The notes: generated by a model from the sequence alone, not told the origin. A stretch of 46,367 nt of DNA from Desulfuromonadales bacterium (GCA_030630015.1 DAOVNV010000001.1:1-46367); one strand, 5' to 3'; numbered from the stretch's first letter, positions 1 to 8,978 are shown. Made by a program: numbers and translations.

Positions 1-235
1 CGGTTGTTCCAAACGGGTAAAGTTTTAAGTCATCTCTGGGTCAAGTAAATAGTAAAACATCTTCTCTCTTTAAATCCCTTACAATTCTCAGAAATCTACA
101 TAAATAAGGCACTGCCAATTTACAGCAATCGAAGGGCAAGGGCAAAGAAGCGGCCGGCCCAGAAGTTGTTCCATAAGTCTGGAGGGTGAAAAATCGGCTA
201 ATTCTGATTATGTGGCAGAATCCCTGCATTACAAG

Positions 236-272
236 AAAAAAAGCCCCACAGTCAGGAGGCCAACTGTGGGGC
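236..272 (-). terminator. Orphan rho-independent terminator
   Basis: Perfect 9-bp stem GCCCCACAG (243-251) / CTGTGGGGC (264-272) with a 12-nt loop. The A7 run at 236-242 on + gives a U-run after the hairpin on the minus strand. No recognisable minus-strand gene lies upstream of it. Confidence 0.6.
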
Positions 273-703
273 AATGGGTTTCTAGGGTTTTCTCAAGAGG
301 CTTTGAAGAAGGTCATCTCAGACCCACCTACCACAGCGCGTCTTTGACTTATCTCCAGGCTGCCTGCCACAACAACCCTTTGATGGTTCCTAAGATATCG
401 GATTATTCAAGAGGAATAAACGTGAGGACTCGTAAAATTCAAATCGATATCTCACGAAACCTGACTGTGCAAAGGCACATTCCAACACCCTGGTCATTAT
501 CGGCTCAACCATCGTATCTCTCCTACCGCAAGGAAATGGCCTTAGCTGCCGAACAAAGCCGAAGAGTTACGGAATCTGAGGCAGGCATTAACCCAAAGGG
601 TCTTTGTAATGTGTTCTCCCTCTTCAATGCTTTCCGGTTCAAACACCGCAAGCCGTGTGTTATCCTGTGCTTGCAGCTCTTTCAAGATACACGGGGATAA
701 CGT

Positions 704-2437
704 ATGGTATTCGGTCACCTGCTCCAAGCTATTGCGGTCATCGGTTTCGGCGCCCTGCTCGGCGGCCGCCTGGCCGCGTGCTGCCATATCCCCCGTGTGA
801 CTGGCTATCTGCTGGTCGGCCTGTTGACTGGGCCGTCTTTCGCGGAGCTCCTCGGCATTTTCCCCTTGCTGCCGTTGCCGGCCCTGCTGGAACTGCGCTA
901 TCTCAGCGACCTGGCCCTGGGCCTGATCCTGATGAACATCGGCGCACTGGTTCAGCTTGATCACCTGCGCCGCTGGCGCAACCGGATTCTGGTGTTTTCA
1001 GCCAGCGAGATCGGCCTGACCTTTATCCTGGTCGCCCTGGCAACTTCGGCAGTTAACCTGTTTATCCTCCACCAGGCAATCGGCGATCTCAGCATCACCC
1101 AGACCTCCCTGCATTTTGGCCTGTTCCTCGGCATAATCGCCGTGGCAACCGCCCCGGCAGCCACCCTGATGGTGATCAGGGAGTGCGAAGCGGACGGGCC
1201 GGTCACCGAGGTGGTCCTGACCCTGGTTGGCTTCAACAACCTGGTTTCGGTGCTCGGCTTTACCATCCTGGCACACTTTCTGGTTCTGCCCAATGCGGAC
1301 TTCGGTGCTCTCCTGTTCAGAATGTTCGGCCCGATCGTTTTGGGCGGCATTATGGGTTTGGCCCTCTCCATGTGGGCACAGCGCCTGGAATTGGCCAGTG
1401 AACATAAGGTCCTGTTGATCGGCGGAGTCGCCGCCCTGATCGCCTTGTGCCGAGCCCTGCAATGCGACTTTTTGCTGGCCAGCCTGATTTTCGGCCTGGT
1501 TCTCGCCAACAGCACCCCGACCTGGCATCGCCTGAGTGCCAGCCTGCATCAGGTAGACTACCTGCTTTACATCGCTTTTTTCGTCATCGCCGGCGCCAAC
1601 CTGCACATCGAGACCCTGACCCATATCGGCCTGCTTGGGGTCGTCTATGTCATCGCCCGCACTCTGGGTAAATGGCTGGGGGCAACTTTTGGTGCACGCT
1701 GGGGCGGGTTCGGGGAAAGGGAAAAGGCTTTTGTCGGTTTGACCCTGCTGGCCCAAGCCGGCATGGCTATAGGGCTGGCCGCTTCACTTGCCCACCACTG
1801 GCCGGTGGGCGGCAAGCTGCTGGAAACGGTTGTTCTCGGTTCCGTGGTGATTTTCGAACTGTTCGGACCGCTGGCCGTACGCCAGGGTTTGGTGAGGGCC
1901 GGCGAAGTTCCGATCCTGTCGCTGCTGCAAAAGCGCGCGCCGCTCGGCACCATCGAGGGCCTGCATAATGTCGTCCACCACTTCCGACAGTCACTGGGAC
2001 TCCCCGCTGGCCACAAGATGCGCGATCCCGGGGATATCCTGGTGCGTCACATCATGCGCCAGAACGTGGAAACGGTCAGAGCCGGCATGCCTTTCAACGA
2101 GTTGCTTAAGTTCATCTCGCACAGTCGCTACGACCGTTTCCCGGTTGTCGACGAGCAGGGGCACTTCCTCGGCATGATCGATTACACCGAAATCAGGAAC
2201 CTGCTGTTCGAGCCGACCCTGGCACCGCTGGTGGTTGCCGGTGATTTGGTCACAGCTGCCCAGACATCCCTCAATCCGGATCAACCGTTGCGCTCCGCTC
2301 TGAAAATCCTGCAACAGCACCGCAACATCAGCTATTTTCCGGTGGTTGATGCGGATGACCCAACCATGCTGCGCGGCATCCTCAGCCAGAATGACGTGCT
2401 CGCCGCATTCCGCAACCTTGCCGATCAAACCGAGTAA
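704..2437 (+). CDS. Cation:proton antiporter (CPA2/Kef-like membrane domain) with C-terminal tandem CBS domains
   Basis: 577-aa ORF. The N-terminal ~400 aa are polytopic and hydrophobic, like Na+/H+ exchangers. The C-terminal part has two CBS-like repeats (FPVVDEQGHFLGMIDYTEI, YFPVVDADDPTMLRGILSQNDVL). The ATG is preceded by GGGGA. Confidence 0.8.
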   Translation: MVFGHLLQAIAVIGFGALLGGRLAACCHIPRVTGYLLVGLLTGPSFAELLGIFPLLPLPALLELRYLSDLALGLILMNIGALVQLDHLRRWRNRILVFSASEIGLTFILVALATSAVNLFILHQAIGDLSITQTSLHFGLFLGIIAVATAPAATLMVIRECEADGPVTEVVLTLVGFNNLVSVLGFTILAHFLVLPNADFGALLFRMFGPIVLGGIMGLALSMWAQRLELASEHKVLLIGGVAALIALCRALQCDFLLASLIFGLVLANSTPTWHRLSASLHQVDYLLYIAFFVIAGANLHIETLTHIGLLGVVYVIARTLGKWLGATFGARWGGFGEREKAFVGLTLLAQAGMAIGLAASLAHHWPVGGKLLETVVLGSVVIFELFGPLAVRQGLVRAGEVPILSLLQKRAPLGTIEGLHNVVHHFRQSLGLPAGHKMRDPGDILVRHIMRQNVETVRAGMPFNELLKFISHSRYDRFPVVDEQGHFLGMIDYTEIRNLLFEPTLAPLVVAGDLVTAAQTSLNPDQPLRSALKILQQHRNISYFPVVDADDPTMLRGILSQNDVLAAFRNLADQTE

Positions 2438-2448
2438 ATCGTGAATCA

Positions 2449-2472
2449 AAAAGGGCGGCCTTTCGGCCGCCC
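2449..2472 (-). terminator. Rho-independent terminator after cpoB (end of Tol-Pal operon)
   Basis: Stem GGGCGGCC (2453-2460) / GGCCGCCC (2465-2472) with loop TTTC. On the minus strand a TTTT run follows (aaaa 2449-2452 on +). It sits between the convergent antiporter and cpoB genes, so it may also stop the + gene. Confidence 0.7.
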
Positions 2473-2498
2473 CTGATCATAGCTCAGGTTGGAAAAGC

Positions 2499-3353
2499 TC
2501 AGAGCCCCCACTCCGAGAGGGTCGCTTTGGCTTTCTTTGCCTCACCGGAAACGGGGAAACGCTCCATCACCCGTTGCAGCAGCAACCTGGCGCTGGCCCG
2601 GTCACCCAGGACATCAAACGCCATGCCTTGCTTGAGCAGAGCGGCCGCCACCTTGGGATGGTCACCGTACTTCTGAATCACGTCCTCAAACTGCAGGATC
2701 GCCTTGTCGTAATCCTTTTCGGCATAATAGGCCTCGCCGATCCAGTAAGCCGCATTGATCGCCAAGGGGTCTTCCGGGTAGCGCTTAAGAAAGGTCACCA
2801 TGAGCTCCCGCCCATGGGCAAGCTGCTGATCCTCGCGCAACACTTTCAGGGCACGTTCATACAGGCCGACGGCACTCTCGCTGGCGGGTGTCGGGGCAAC
2901 AACTGGCGTTGCCGGAGCAATCGGTGTCGGCAAGGGCGGCTGGGACGGGAGCACAGCCGCTTGAGCAGACGACGCCGGCTCAAGTTGGGCGAGGCGCTGT
3001 TCCAGATCGGCGATCTGCAGAGAAAGTTCATCGCGCATGAACGTCAAATCCTGGCGCAGTTCATCACGCCCGCGATCCAGGTCATCCGAACGCCCCTGCA
3101 TTCCCTGGACGTCGACACGCAAACTGTCCATCCCTGCCTGAAAATCAGCCTGGTTGCGCGCCAGGGTTTCCAACCGCGCCCGAACACTGCCGGACTGGTC
3201 ATCCGTTAACGCTTTAAGGGTCCGGTCGGAATCGTCGACGCGCCGCTGTAGCTCCATCAACTTTCTCTGGGTCATCAGGTCCTGCTCGGTCACGACACAA
3301 CCGTTCACCAGCATGGCCAGCAATAGAATGCCTATAATGCGAACCAGGTGCAT
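2499..3353 (-). CDS. cpoB: Tol-Pal system protein CpoB/YbgF (coiled-coil plus TPR)
   Basis: 284 aa with a signal peptide, a coiled-coil N-terminal half and a C-terminal TPR region (AINAAYWIGEAYYAEKDYDKAILQFEDVIQKY). It is the last gene after pal. Confidence 0.8.
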   Translation of the reverse strand: MHLVRIIGILLLAMLVNGCVVTEQDLMTQRKLMELQRRVDDSDRTLKALTDDQSGSVRARLETLARNQADFQAGMDSLRVDVQGMQGRSDDLDRGRDELRQDLTFMRDELSLQIADLEQRLAQLEPASSAQAAVLPSQPPLPTPIAPATPVVAPTPASESAVGLYERALKVLREDQQLAHGRELMVTFLKRYPEDPLAINAAYWIGEAYYAEKDYDKAILQFEDVIQKYGDHPKVAAALLKQGMAFDVLGDRASARLLLQRVMERFPVSGEAKKAKATLSEWGL

Positions 3354-3365
3354 ACGTCTTCTCCA

Positions 3366-3399
3366 GAAAAGCGGGCCGCACCAATAAATGGTGCGGCCC
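3366..3399 (-). terminator. Intra-operon hairpin/terminator between pal and cpoB
   Basis: 10-bp perfect stem GGGCCGCACC (3373-3382) / GGTGCGGCCC (3390-3399) with a 7-nt loop. On the minus strand it is followed by GCTTTTCT. Confidence 0.55.
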
Positions 3400-3418
3400 T
3401 CTTGGACAGGTTCTGTAA

Positions 3419-3961
3419 TTATTTGATCGCCTTGAATTCAGCCCGACGGTTTTTGGCCCAGGCCTGCTCGTTTGACTGGGCATCAAGCGCTTTTTCCTCA
3501 CCGTAGGAAATGATCGACAGACGATTGCCGTTCACGCCCAGGGAAACCAGATACTGTTTTGCCGCAGAAGCCCTGCGCTCGCCAAGAGCCAGATTATACT
3601 CATCGGAACCACGTTCGTCGCAATGCCCCTCGATGACCGCTTTCAGACCGCTGTTGGCCTGGAGGTAGGCTGCATTCTGCTTCAGCACGACCCGTGCCTC
3701 ATTGGTCAGGGTGAACTGGTCAAAATCGAAATGAACCCGTTTCAGGCCTTTGATCGCCAGATGGTCTGCAACATCCTGGCTGCTGATCGAACCGCTGTCA
3801 ACGCCCTTGACGTCCGGCTGCTGGCTGACGTCGGTCGCCTGAACCTGGCCCTGAGCATCGCCTGTGGTGGATGAGGGCGGGGGGGTCGTCGCACAGGCCG
3901 CGAGCAAACCGGTGAGAATCAGAGCCATCAGAGAAAACTGCAAGGCACGCCAGATCTTCAT
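3419..3961 (-). CDS. pal: Peptidoglycan-associated lipoprotein Pal (OmpA-like domain)
   Basis: 180 aa with lipobox LLAAC. The C-terminal OmpA domain shows HCDERGSDEYNLALGERRA ... NRRAEF. Confidence 0.9.
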   Translation of the reverse strand: MKIWRALQFSLMALILTGLLAACATTPPPSSTTGDAQGQVQATDVSQQPDVKGVDSGSISSQDVADHLAIKGLKRVHFDFDQFTLTNEARVVLKQNAAYLQANSGLKAVIEGHCDERGSDEYNLALGERRASAAKQYLVSLGVNGNRLSIISYGEEKALDAQSNEQAWAKNRRAEFKAIK

Positions 3962-4131
3962 GTCATTTACTCCTTGAATAAAATAGCATTTGAGTTCGAA
4001 TTATGCCGGCAGTCGGGACCATCTCCCACCACCGAAGGATCGTATTGTAACGGACTCTCCCGTAAAAAACAACGGTCCGGCCCGCAGATATCACGTATTT
4101 ATGGTTCGAATTCGCCTGTTTCGGACAAATG

Positions 4132-5427
4132 TTACCAGCGCCCGGACCAGGCCGGGTGGTTGCTGTCACTCTCCGGGGACGTCAGGCGCCGAGCGCCCGT
4201 TCCGTCCGTACGCATGACATAAACGCCTTTTTTCCCGCCGGCATCCGAAGAATAAACCAGGAATCTGCCGTCCGGACTCCAGCGCGGATGCTCCTGGTTG
4301 CCCGGTCCGAAGGTCAATCTGCGCTCGTCACTGCCATCAACCTTAATGGTATAGATATCAAAACTGCCGCCCTGCTGGCGGGTAAAAGCGATGCGGTCGC
4401 CCTTCGGGCTCCAGGCGGGCGTGACGTTGTATTTGCCGCGGGTTGTCAGACGCCGGGTCTCTCCCGTATACACGTTGACGATAAACAGGTGAGGGTTGCC
4501 CAGCCGATTGGACACGAAAACGATATGGCCGCTGTCCGGGCTCCAACTCGGATCGATATCGATCGCCCAGTTGTTGGTCAACCGTTTATGAATTGACCCG
4601 TTAAAGCCAACCAGGTAAATCTCCGGATTGCCATCCTTGGTCAGGGTTATGGCCAGTTCCCGGCCAATCGGGGCATAACGCCCGGCAACGTTCAAGCCTT
4701 GTTGAGAAGAGACTTTCGCTTCCTGGCCCGTGTAGATCTCCGTGCGCTCGAGGTCCGGATTGTTGGCCCGGTATGAAGTAAAAACCAGTTCCTTGCCCCG
4801 CGGCGAGAAATCCGGGTTGAGAACGATGGAGCGATGATCGGTCAAACGGATCGGCTGATGACCATCGACGTCCATCAACCAGAGTTCCTTGTTGCCGCTG
4901 CTCTTGGAAATATAGGCGATGCGCTGGTTGAACGGGCCGGTTTCGCCGGTCAGTGTCTTGAGAATCTGGTCGGCAAAGGTATGGGCCATGCGCCTTACAT
5001 CTTTGGTTCGTCCTACGTAGCGCCGCCCGGTCAGCAGCCTGCGGTTGATCACGTCGAACAGGCGCGCCTCAACAATCAGTTGATCGCCCTGCAGGGTATA
5101 GGCCCCCTTGATCAGGACCTCTGAGCCGAGCAGGCGCCACTGGGTGAAGTCAACCTGGGTGCTGTACAGACCAATCCGGCCGGCATCACTGAGAAAAGCC
5201 GCCGGATCAACAAACCGGAACAGGCCGGTCAGGTCCAGGTCGGCGGCCAGCACCTCGTTGATCTCCCCGGCGATTTCCGCAACTTCGGGACCATCCTTGG
5301 CCAGAAAGCTGGTCAGGGCCAGCGGCATGGTCTGCTCGCCGGGTGCCGAGATCTCAATCTCGGTCGCAGCCGTTGCCGCCCATGGCCCCAGCCAGAGGAT
5401 CAATGTCAACAACCAGAATATCCGCAT
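4132..5427 (-). CDS. tolB: Tol-Pal system beta-propeller protein TolB
   Basis: 431 aa with a signal peptide, a TolB N-terminal domain and repeated WD-like PxWSPDG blades (PSWSPDSGHIVF, PAWSPKGDRIAF, PRWSPDGRFLVY). Confidence 0.9.
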   Translation of the reverse strand: MRIFWLLTLILWLGPWAATAATEIEISAPGEQTMPLALTSFLAKDGPEVAEIAGEINEVLAADLDLTGLFRFVDPAAFLSDAGRIGLYSTQVDFTQWRLLGSEVLIKGAYTLQGDQLIVEARLFDVINRRLLTGRRYVGRTKDVRRMAHTFADQILKTLTGETGPFNQRIAYISKSSGNKELWLMDVDGHQPIRLTDHRSIVLNPDFSPRGKELVFTSYRANNPDLERTEIYTGQEAKVSSQQGLNVAGRYAPIGRELAITLTKDGNPEIYLVGFNGSIHKRLTNNWAIDIDPSWSPDSGHIVFVSNRLGNPHLFIVNVYTGETRRLTTRGKYNVTPAWSPKGDRIAFTRQQGGSFDIYTIKVDGSDERRLTFGPGNQEHPRWSPDGRFLVYSSDAGGKKGVYVMRTDGTGARRLTSPESDSNHPAWSGRW

Positions 5428-5429
5428 GC

Positions 5430-6257
5430 TTATCTCCTGGCCTCAGCCATTTCCTTCAAATTGAAAACAACGGTTAGCTCTGTACTCTGGGGTAATTTAT
5501 GCTGCAATTGTTTGGATTTAGTTATTGCTCGCTTGATTGAATCATCAAACTGGCTGTCACCCGAGTCCTTCAGGATGCGAAAGCCCACCAGCTTGCCGTC
5601 CGTCGCGTAACGCACGCTCACCTTGGCCTCGATGCTTGCCAGGCGCGACTGATCTAGCAAGTAGGGGGACAGGGCCCAGTTCTGCTTAATGACTTCCTGG
5701 ATATAGGCGAGCATGCTCACCCCGACTTCATCACCGGTTCCGGTCGGCATGCCGACCGGAACATCGGCCGGCACGGCAGCGGCCCGTGTGTCCTGCAAAC
5801 CGGCCAGTTTCTGCTTGAGTGCATCTATTTCGGCCTGCCGGGACTGGCGCTCTCGCATCGCATCGATTGCGCTCTGCAGCTTCTGCTCGCTCTTCGGGTC
5901 CGGCTTCAACTCAGATTTGACGACAGTCGGCGGAGCAGGCTTTGCAACCTTGACGGTCGGTTTTTTCGGCTCGACTACTTTCGGCGGCTGTGGCACGGCT
6001 ACCGACTTGACCGGTGCGGGCTTCGGCTTGGCTTTCGGCCGAGGGTCAGGACGACCCGCCTGCGGGTCGAGTACCGGCTTATGCACCAGATCGACATAGT
6101 AGACCGGGGCTTGATCCCGCCGCTGCGGCCCGAACCAGGTCCCGCTCATAACCAGGACCAACAAGACATGCAACACCAGGGACACCAGGATCAGCCGGCC
6201 GATCTTGGGATCAGAATGGAATTGTGCCGACGAACTTTGCAGACGGTGTGTGTGCAT
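5430..6257 (-). CDS. tolA: TolA-like protein (TonB-family energy transducer C-terminal domain)
   Basis: 275 aa with one N-terminal TM helix, a Pro/Lys-rich linker (KPKPAPVKSVAVPQPPKVVEPKKP) and a C-terminal TonB/TolA-type domain. It lies between tolR and tolB. Confidence 0.7.
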   Translation of the reverse strand: MHTHRLQSSSAQFHSDPKIGRLILVSLVLHVLLVLVMSGTWFGPQRRDQAPVYYVDLVHKPVLDPQAGRPDPRPKAKPKPAPVKSVAVPQPPKVVEPKKPTVKVAKPAPPTVVKSELKPDPKSEQKLQSAIDAMRERQSRQAEIDALKQKLAGLQDTRAAAVPADVPVGMPTGTGDEVGVSMLAYIQEVIKQNWALSPYLLDQSRLASIEAKVSVRYATDGKLVGFRILKDSGDSQFDDSIKRAITKSKQLQHKLPQSTELTVVFNLKEMAEARR

Positions 6258-6274
6258 GACTTCTGCTGAAGGCT

Positions 6275-6697
6275 TCAGGGTGTGGGTTCCTGGGCGACCA
6301 TGCCGAGCTTGGCGACTCCCGCCTTCTTCATTGCCGCCATGACCTGCACCACCCGGCCATAAGGGACCTTGCGATCCGCTTCGAGATATACGGTCTTGTC
6401 CTCACGGCTGGCGAGGATCTGCTGCAAAACCGGGATCAGTTTTTCCGTGGACTCCACCGGGTTCTTGCCAACCATCAGGTCTCCCTTGCGCGTCACCGTC
6501 ACGATCAGGGGCTGCTTGGCAGCCGCCAGGTTGGGTGCGTTTTCCACCTCCGGCAACGCGACATCCACCCCCTTTTCGAGCATCGGAGCCGTCACCATGA
6601 AGATGATCAACAGCACCAGCATAACGTCGACAAAAGGCGTGACGTTGATCTGCGCCAGGGCGCTGCGCCGACGGGATTCCCTTTGACCGACTTCCAT
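6275..6697 (-). CDS. tolR: Biopolymer transport protein TolR (ExbD family)
   Basis: 140 aa with the INVTPFVDVMLVLLIIFMV motif typical of ExbD/TolR. It lies directly downstream of tolQ. Confidence 0.85.
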   Translation of the reverse strand: MEVGQRESRRRSALAQINVTPFVDVMLVLLIIFMVTAPMLEKGVDVALPEVENAPNLAAAKQPLIVTVTRKGDLMVGKNPVESTEKLIPVLQQILASREDKTVYLEADRKVPYGRVVQVMAAMKKAGVAKLGMVAQEPTP

Positions 6698-6698
6698 G

Positions 6699-7370
6699 CT
6701 AATGACTCCGCGACATGCGCTGGACGATGTTGAGGATCTCCTGGCTGAAATTGTCCATATCGCCGATCAGGACATTGACCTTGTTCAAAAAATGGTTGTA
6801 GCCGATGACCGCCGGGATGGCCGCAACCAGACCGAGCGCCGTCGCCACCAGTGCTTCCGAAATCCCCGGCGCCACAACCGCCAGCGAAGCGCTGCCGGTC
6901 TGGCCGATGCCGTGGAAGGCGTTCATGATCCCCCAGACCGTCCCGAACAGGCCGATAAAGGGCGCAGCGGAGCCGGTGGTCGCCAGGAAAGTGAGGTACT
7001 TTTCGAGACGATGGGTTTCCGAGGTCATCGCCCGCCGCAGGACCCGGGCAACCCGGTCCTGTTCGCCGAGATCGGCCAGCATATGTTCTTCTTCCTGGCC
7101 TTCGATCGCCCGCCGGCTCTGCATCAGTTCCTGGTACACATCGCGGAACAGGACCGCCAGAGGCGAATGACTGTACTCCTTGAGGCCCTGGCCGATGACG
7201 TCGAAACGCTTTTTCGACCAGAAGAAATCGAGAAAAGCCTCCGATTGGCGCATGGCACGCTGCACAATCAGGAACTTGTAGATAATGATGGCCCAGGAGA
7301 CCACCGAAAAATAAACCAAAATGAGCAGGACCAGTTTGACCACCAGCCCGGCATTCAGTACCAGATCCAA
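6699..7370 (-). CDS. tolQ: Proton channel protein TolQ (MotA/TolQ/ExbB family)
   Basis: The ORF track gives 6699..7409 with a GTG start. AAGGAG lies 7 nt upstream of the in-frame TTG at 7370, which gives the typical (M)DLVLNAGLVVKLVLLIL N-terminus. The C-terminal part has the conserved LATTGSAAPFIGLFGTVWGIM motif. The start is uncertain (7370 or 7409). Confidence 0.85.
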   Translation of the reverse strand: MDLVLNAGLVVKLVLLILVYFSVVSWAIIIYKFLIVQRAMRQSEAFLDFFWSKKRFDVIGQGLKEYSHSPLAVLFRDVYQELMQSRRAIEGQEEEHMLADLGEQDRVARVLRRAMTSETHRLEKYLTFLATTGSAAPFIGLFGTVWGIMNAFHGIGQTGSASLAVVAPGISEALVATALGLVAAIPAVIGYNHFLNKVNVLIGDMDNFSQEILNIVQRMSRSH

Positions 7371-7504
7371 AATTTGTCTCCTTTTGTCGCCTTTTAGCCA
7401 GACCGGCACCTGCGGGCCCGTCCCGGATTATCAGTCACCGCCACAGGCAAGTCAACCAGCGCACTTCATCAGCCCGAACCTGGACGCGGATCAGGGCAAA
7501 AACA

Positions 7505-8191
7505 TCAATCAGAGGTGAGATACTGCGCCAACTGTCCTTGCACATAACGCGCCGTCCCCGTTTCCGGAGAGCGCTCCACCAGGCGTTGCAACGCGTCGAT
7601 GTCGTCCAGATCATCCCATTCTGCGAGTTCGCGATAGATCAGCCCGGAGCGAATCGCCCGATCCCGCGTTGCCGCCAACACCCCAGGCGTACTCCAGGGA
7701 ATATCTTCAAACAGCTCTGGACAAGGCCGGTTCAAACCGATCAGGGCATAGCCGCCGTCCAGACAGGGGACAGTCACCACATCCGCCTGTTCCAGTTCGG
7801 CAAGCGCGTCCACGATCAGCGCCTCGGGCAAATCCGGGCTGTCAGAACCGATCAACAGAACCGGGCCACCGCCCGCGCCAAACAGCTGGTCTGCAGCCAC
7901 CTGCAGCCGCTTGCCCAACCCGCCGGTCACCTGTGGCACCAACAGGACCTCCGGAAAGGCCTGATCAAACCAATGATAATCCCCGGCATAAATCAGCACC
8001 AGCCTGGGGGGACTGTCCCACAGCCTCTGGACGGTTTCCGCCAGGGCAACCTGGCAGAGACGGGCAGCCTCGATTTCGGTCAGAGGCGGGCAAAGACGGG
8101 TCTTAACCTGGCCGGCAACTGGTTGCTTGGCAAATATGGCCAGAATGGGCCCAGGATTTTTAAATGGTTGTAATGAGGGGCGTTTATCCAC
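7505..8191 (-). CDS. DUF2064-family (TIGR04282-like) nucleotide-transferase-fold protein
   Basis: Motifs ILAIFAKQPVAGQVKTRL and LLIGSDSPDLP are typical of DUF2064. There is no in-frame ATG upstream of the conserved N-terminus. The candidate starts are three GTGs (8191, 8200, 8212), all inside the DnaA-box cluster, so the start is uncertain. Confidence 0.6.
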   Translation of the reverse strand: MDKRPSLQPFKNPGPILAIFAKQPVAGQVKTRLCPPLTEIEAARLCQVALAETVQRLWDSPPRLVLIYAGDYHWFDQAFPEVLLVPQVTGGLGKRLQVAADQLFGAGGGPVLLIGSDSPDLPEALIVDALAELEQADVVTVPCLDGGYALIGLNRPCPELFEDIPWSTPGVLAATRDRAIRSGLIYRELAEWDDLDDIDALQRLVERSPETGTARYVQGQLAQYLTSD

Positions 8192-8213
8192 GTTATCCAC
8201 AGACTTATCCACT
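8184..8213 (+). promoter_or_regulatory. Cluster of three co-oriented DnaA boxes
   Basis: TTATCCACG (8184-8192), TTATCCACA (8193-8201, perfect consensus) and TTATCCACT (8205-8213). The third box contains the folE2 stop codon. Confidence 0.6.
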
Positions 8214-8978
8214 TTGATTGTATTCGACGAGGGCGTACGCCGAATGGTTATGAATGGACTCAAAGTTCTCACACTGCACCCTGAACCATACAATTTCAGG
8301 CTCCTGCCGAAGACGCTCGGTGACTGCCCTGACCACGTCCTCGACGAACATCGGGTTGTCATACGCCTGTTCGGTCAGTGCTTTTTCGTCTTCGCGTTTC
8401 AGCAATGCATAGACCGGGGCACTGCCACAGTCCTCGACCCATTCAATCAGGTCTTCAATCCAGACGTGCTGACGGTAACGGATCTCAACCTTAACCTCGC
8501 TGCGCTGGTTATGCGCGCCGCGCGAACTGATTTCCTTGGAGCAGGGGCAGAGCGAAGTGACCGGAACAGTCACGCCCAGCACAAAGTCGTAATCGTCGCC
8601 GAGGCTCCCCACCATGCGACACTGGTATTCCATCAGGCTGCGCGCCCCGGAAACCGGCGCCTGCTTTTCGATAAAATAGGGAAACTCCATCTCCAAGTGT
8701 GCTCGACTGGCCTCAAGGTGATCCTTCATTTCCCGCAGGATCGTATCCATGCGATCAATGCTGATTTCGCCATGGTACTGGTTGAGGATCTCGATGAAGC
8801 GGCTCATGTGGGTCCCCTTGAAATGGTGGGGCAGATCCACGTACATGTTGATGCGAGCCACTGTCTGCTGGTGCTCCTTGCTCTTGTCCATGACCACGAT
8901 CGGGTAGCGGATGTCTTTGACACCGACCTTGTCGATCGCGATGTTGCGCGAATCGGGCGAGCTTTGTAAATCGGGCAT
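8205..8978 (-). CDS. folE2: GTP cyclohydrolase I type 2 (FolE2/MptA family)
   Basis: The C-terminal 257 aa of ORF 8205..9455 start MPDLQSSPDSRNIAIDKVGVKDIRYPI and contain SLCPCSKEIS ... GAHNQRS, typical of FolE2. An alternative ATG at 9065 would add 29 aa. The rest of the listed ORF overlaps queC and is not credible. Confidence 0.8.
   Translation of the reverse strand: MPDLQSSPDSRNIAIDKVGVKDIRYPIVVMDKSKEHQQTVARINMYVDLPHHFKGTHMSRFIEILNQYHGEISIDRMDTILREMKDHLEASRAHLEMEFPYFIEKQAPVSGARSLMEYQCRMVGSLGDDYDFVLGVTVPVTSLCPCSKEISSRGAHNQRSEVKVEIRYRQHVWIEDLIEWVEDCGSAPVYALLKREDEKALTEQAYDNPMFVEDVVRAVTERLRQEPEIVWFRVQCENFESIHNHSAYALVEYNQSG

Noticed and set aside
212-700. 162-aa + strand ORF filling the left noncoding region and ending 4 nt before the antiporter ATG
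   Set aside because: It has a GTG start without an RBS, reads straight through the strong 243-272 hairpin, and is basic and Ser/Arg-rich with no recognisable motif. I treat it as probably non-coding and flag it under the 1-703 finding instead.
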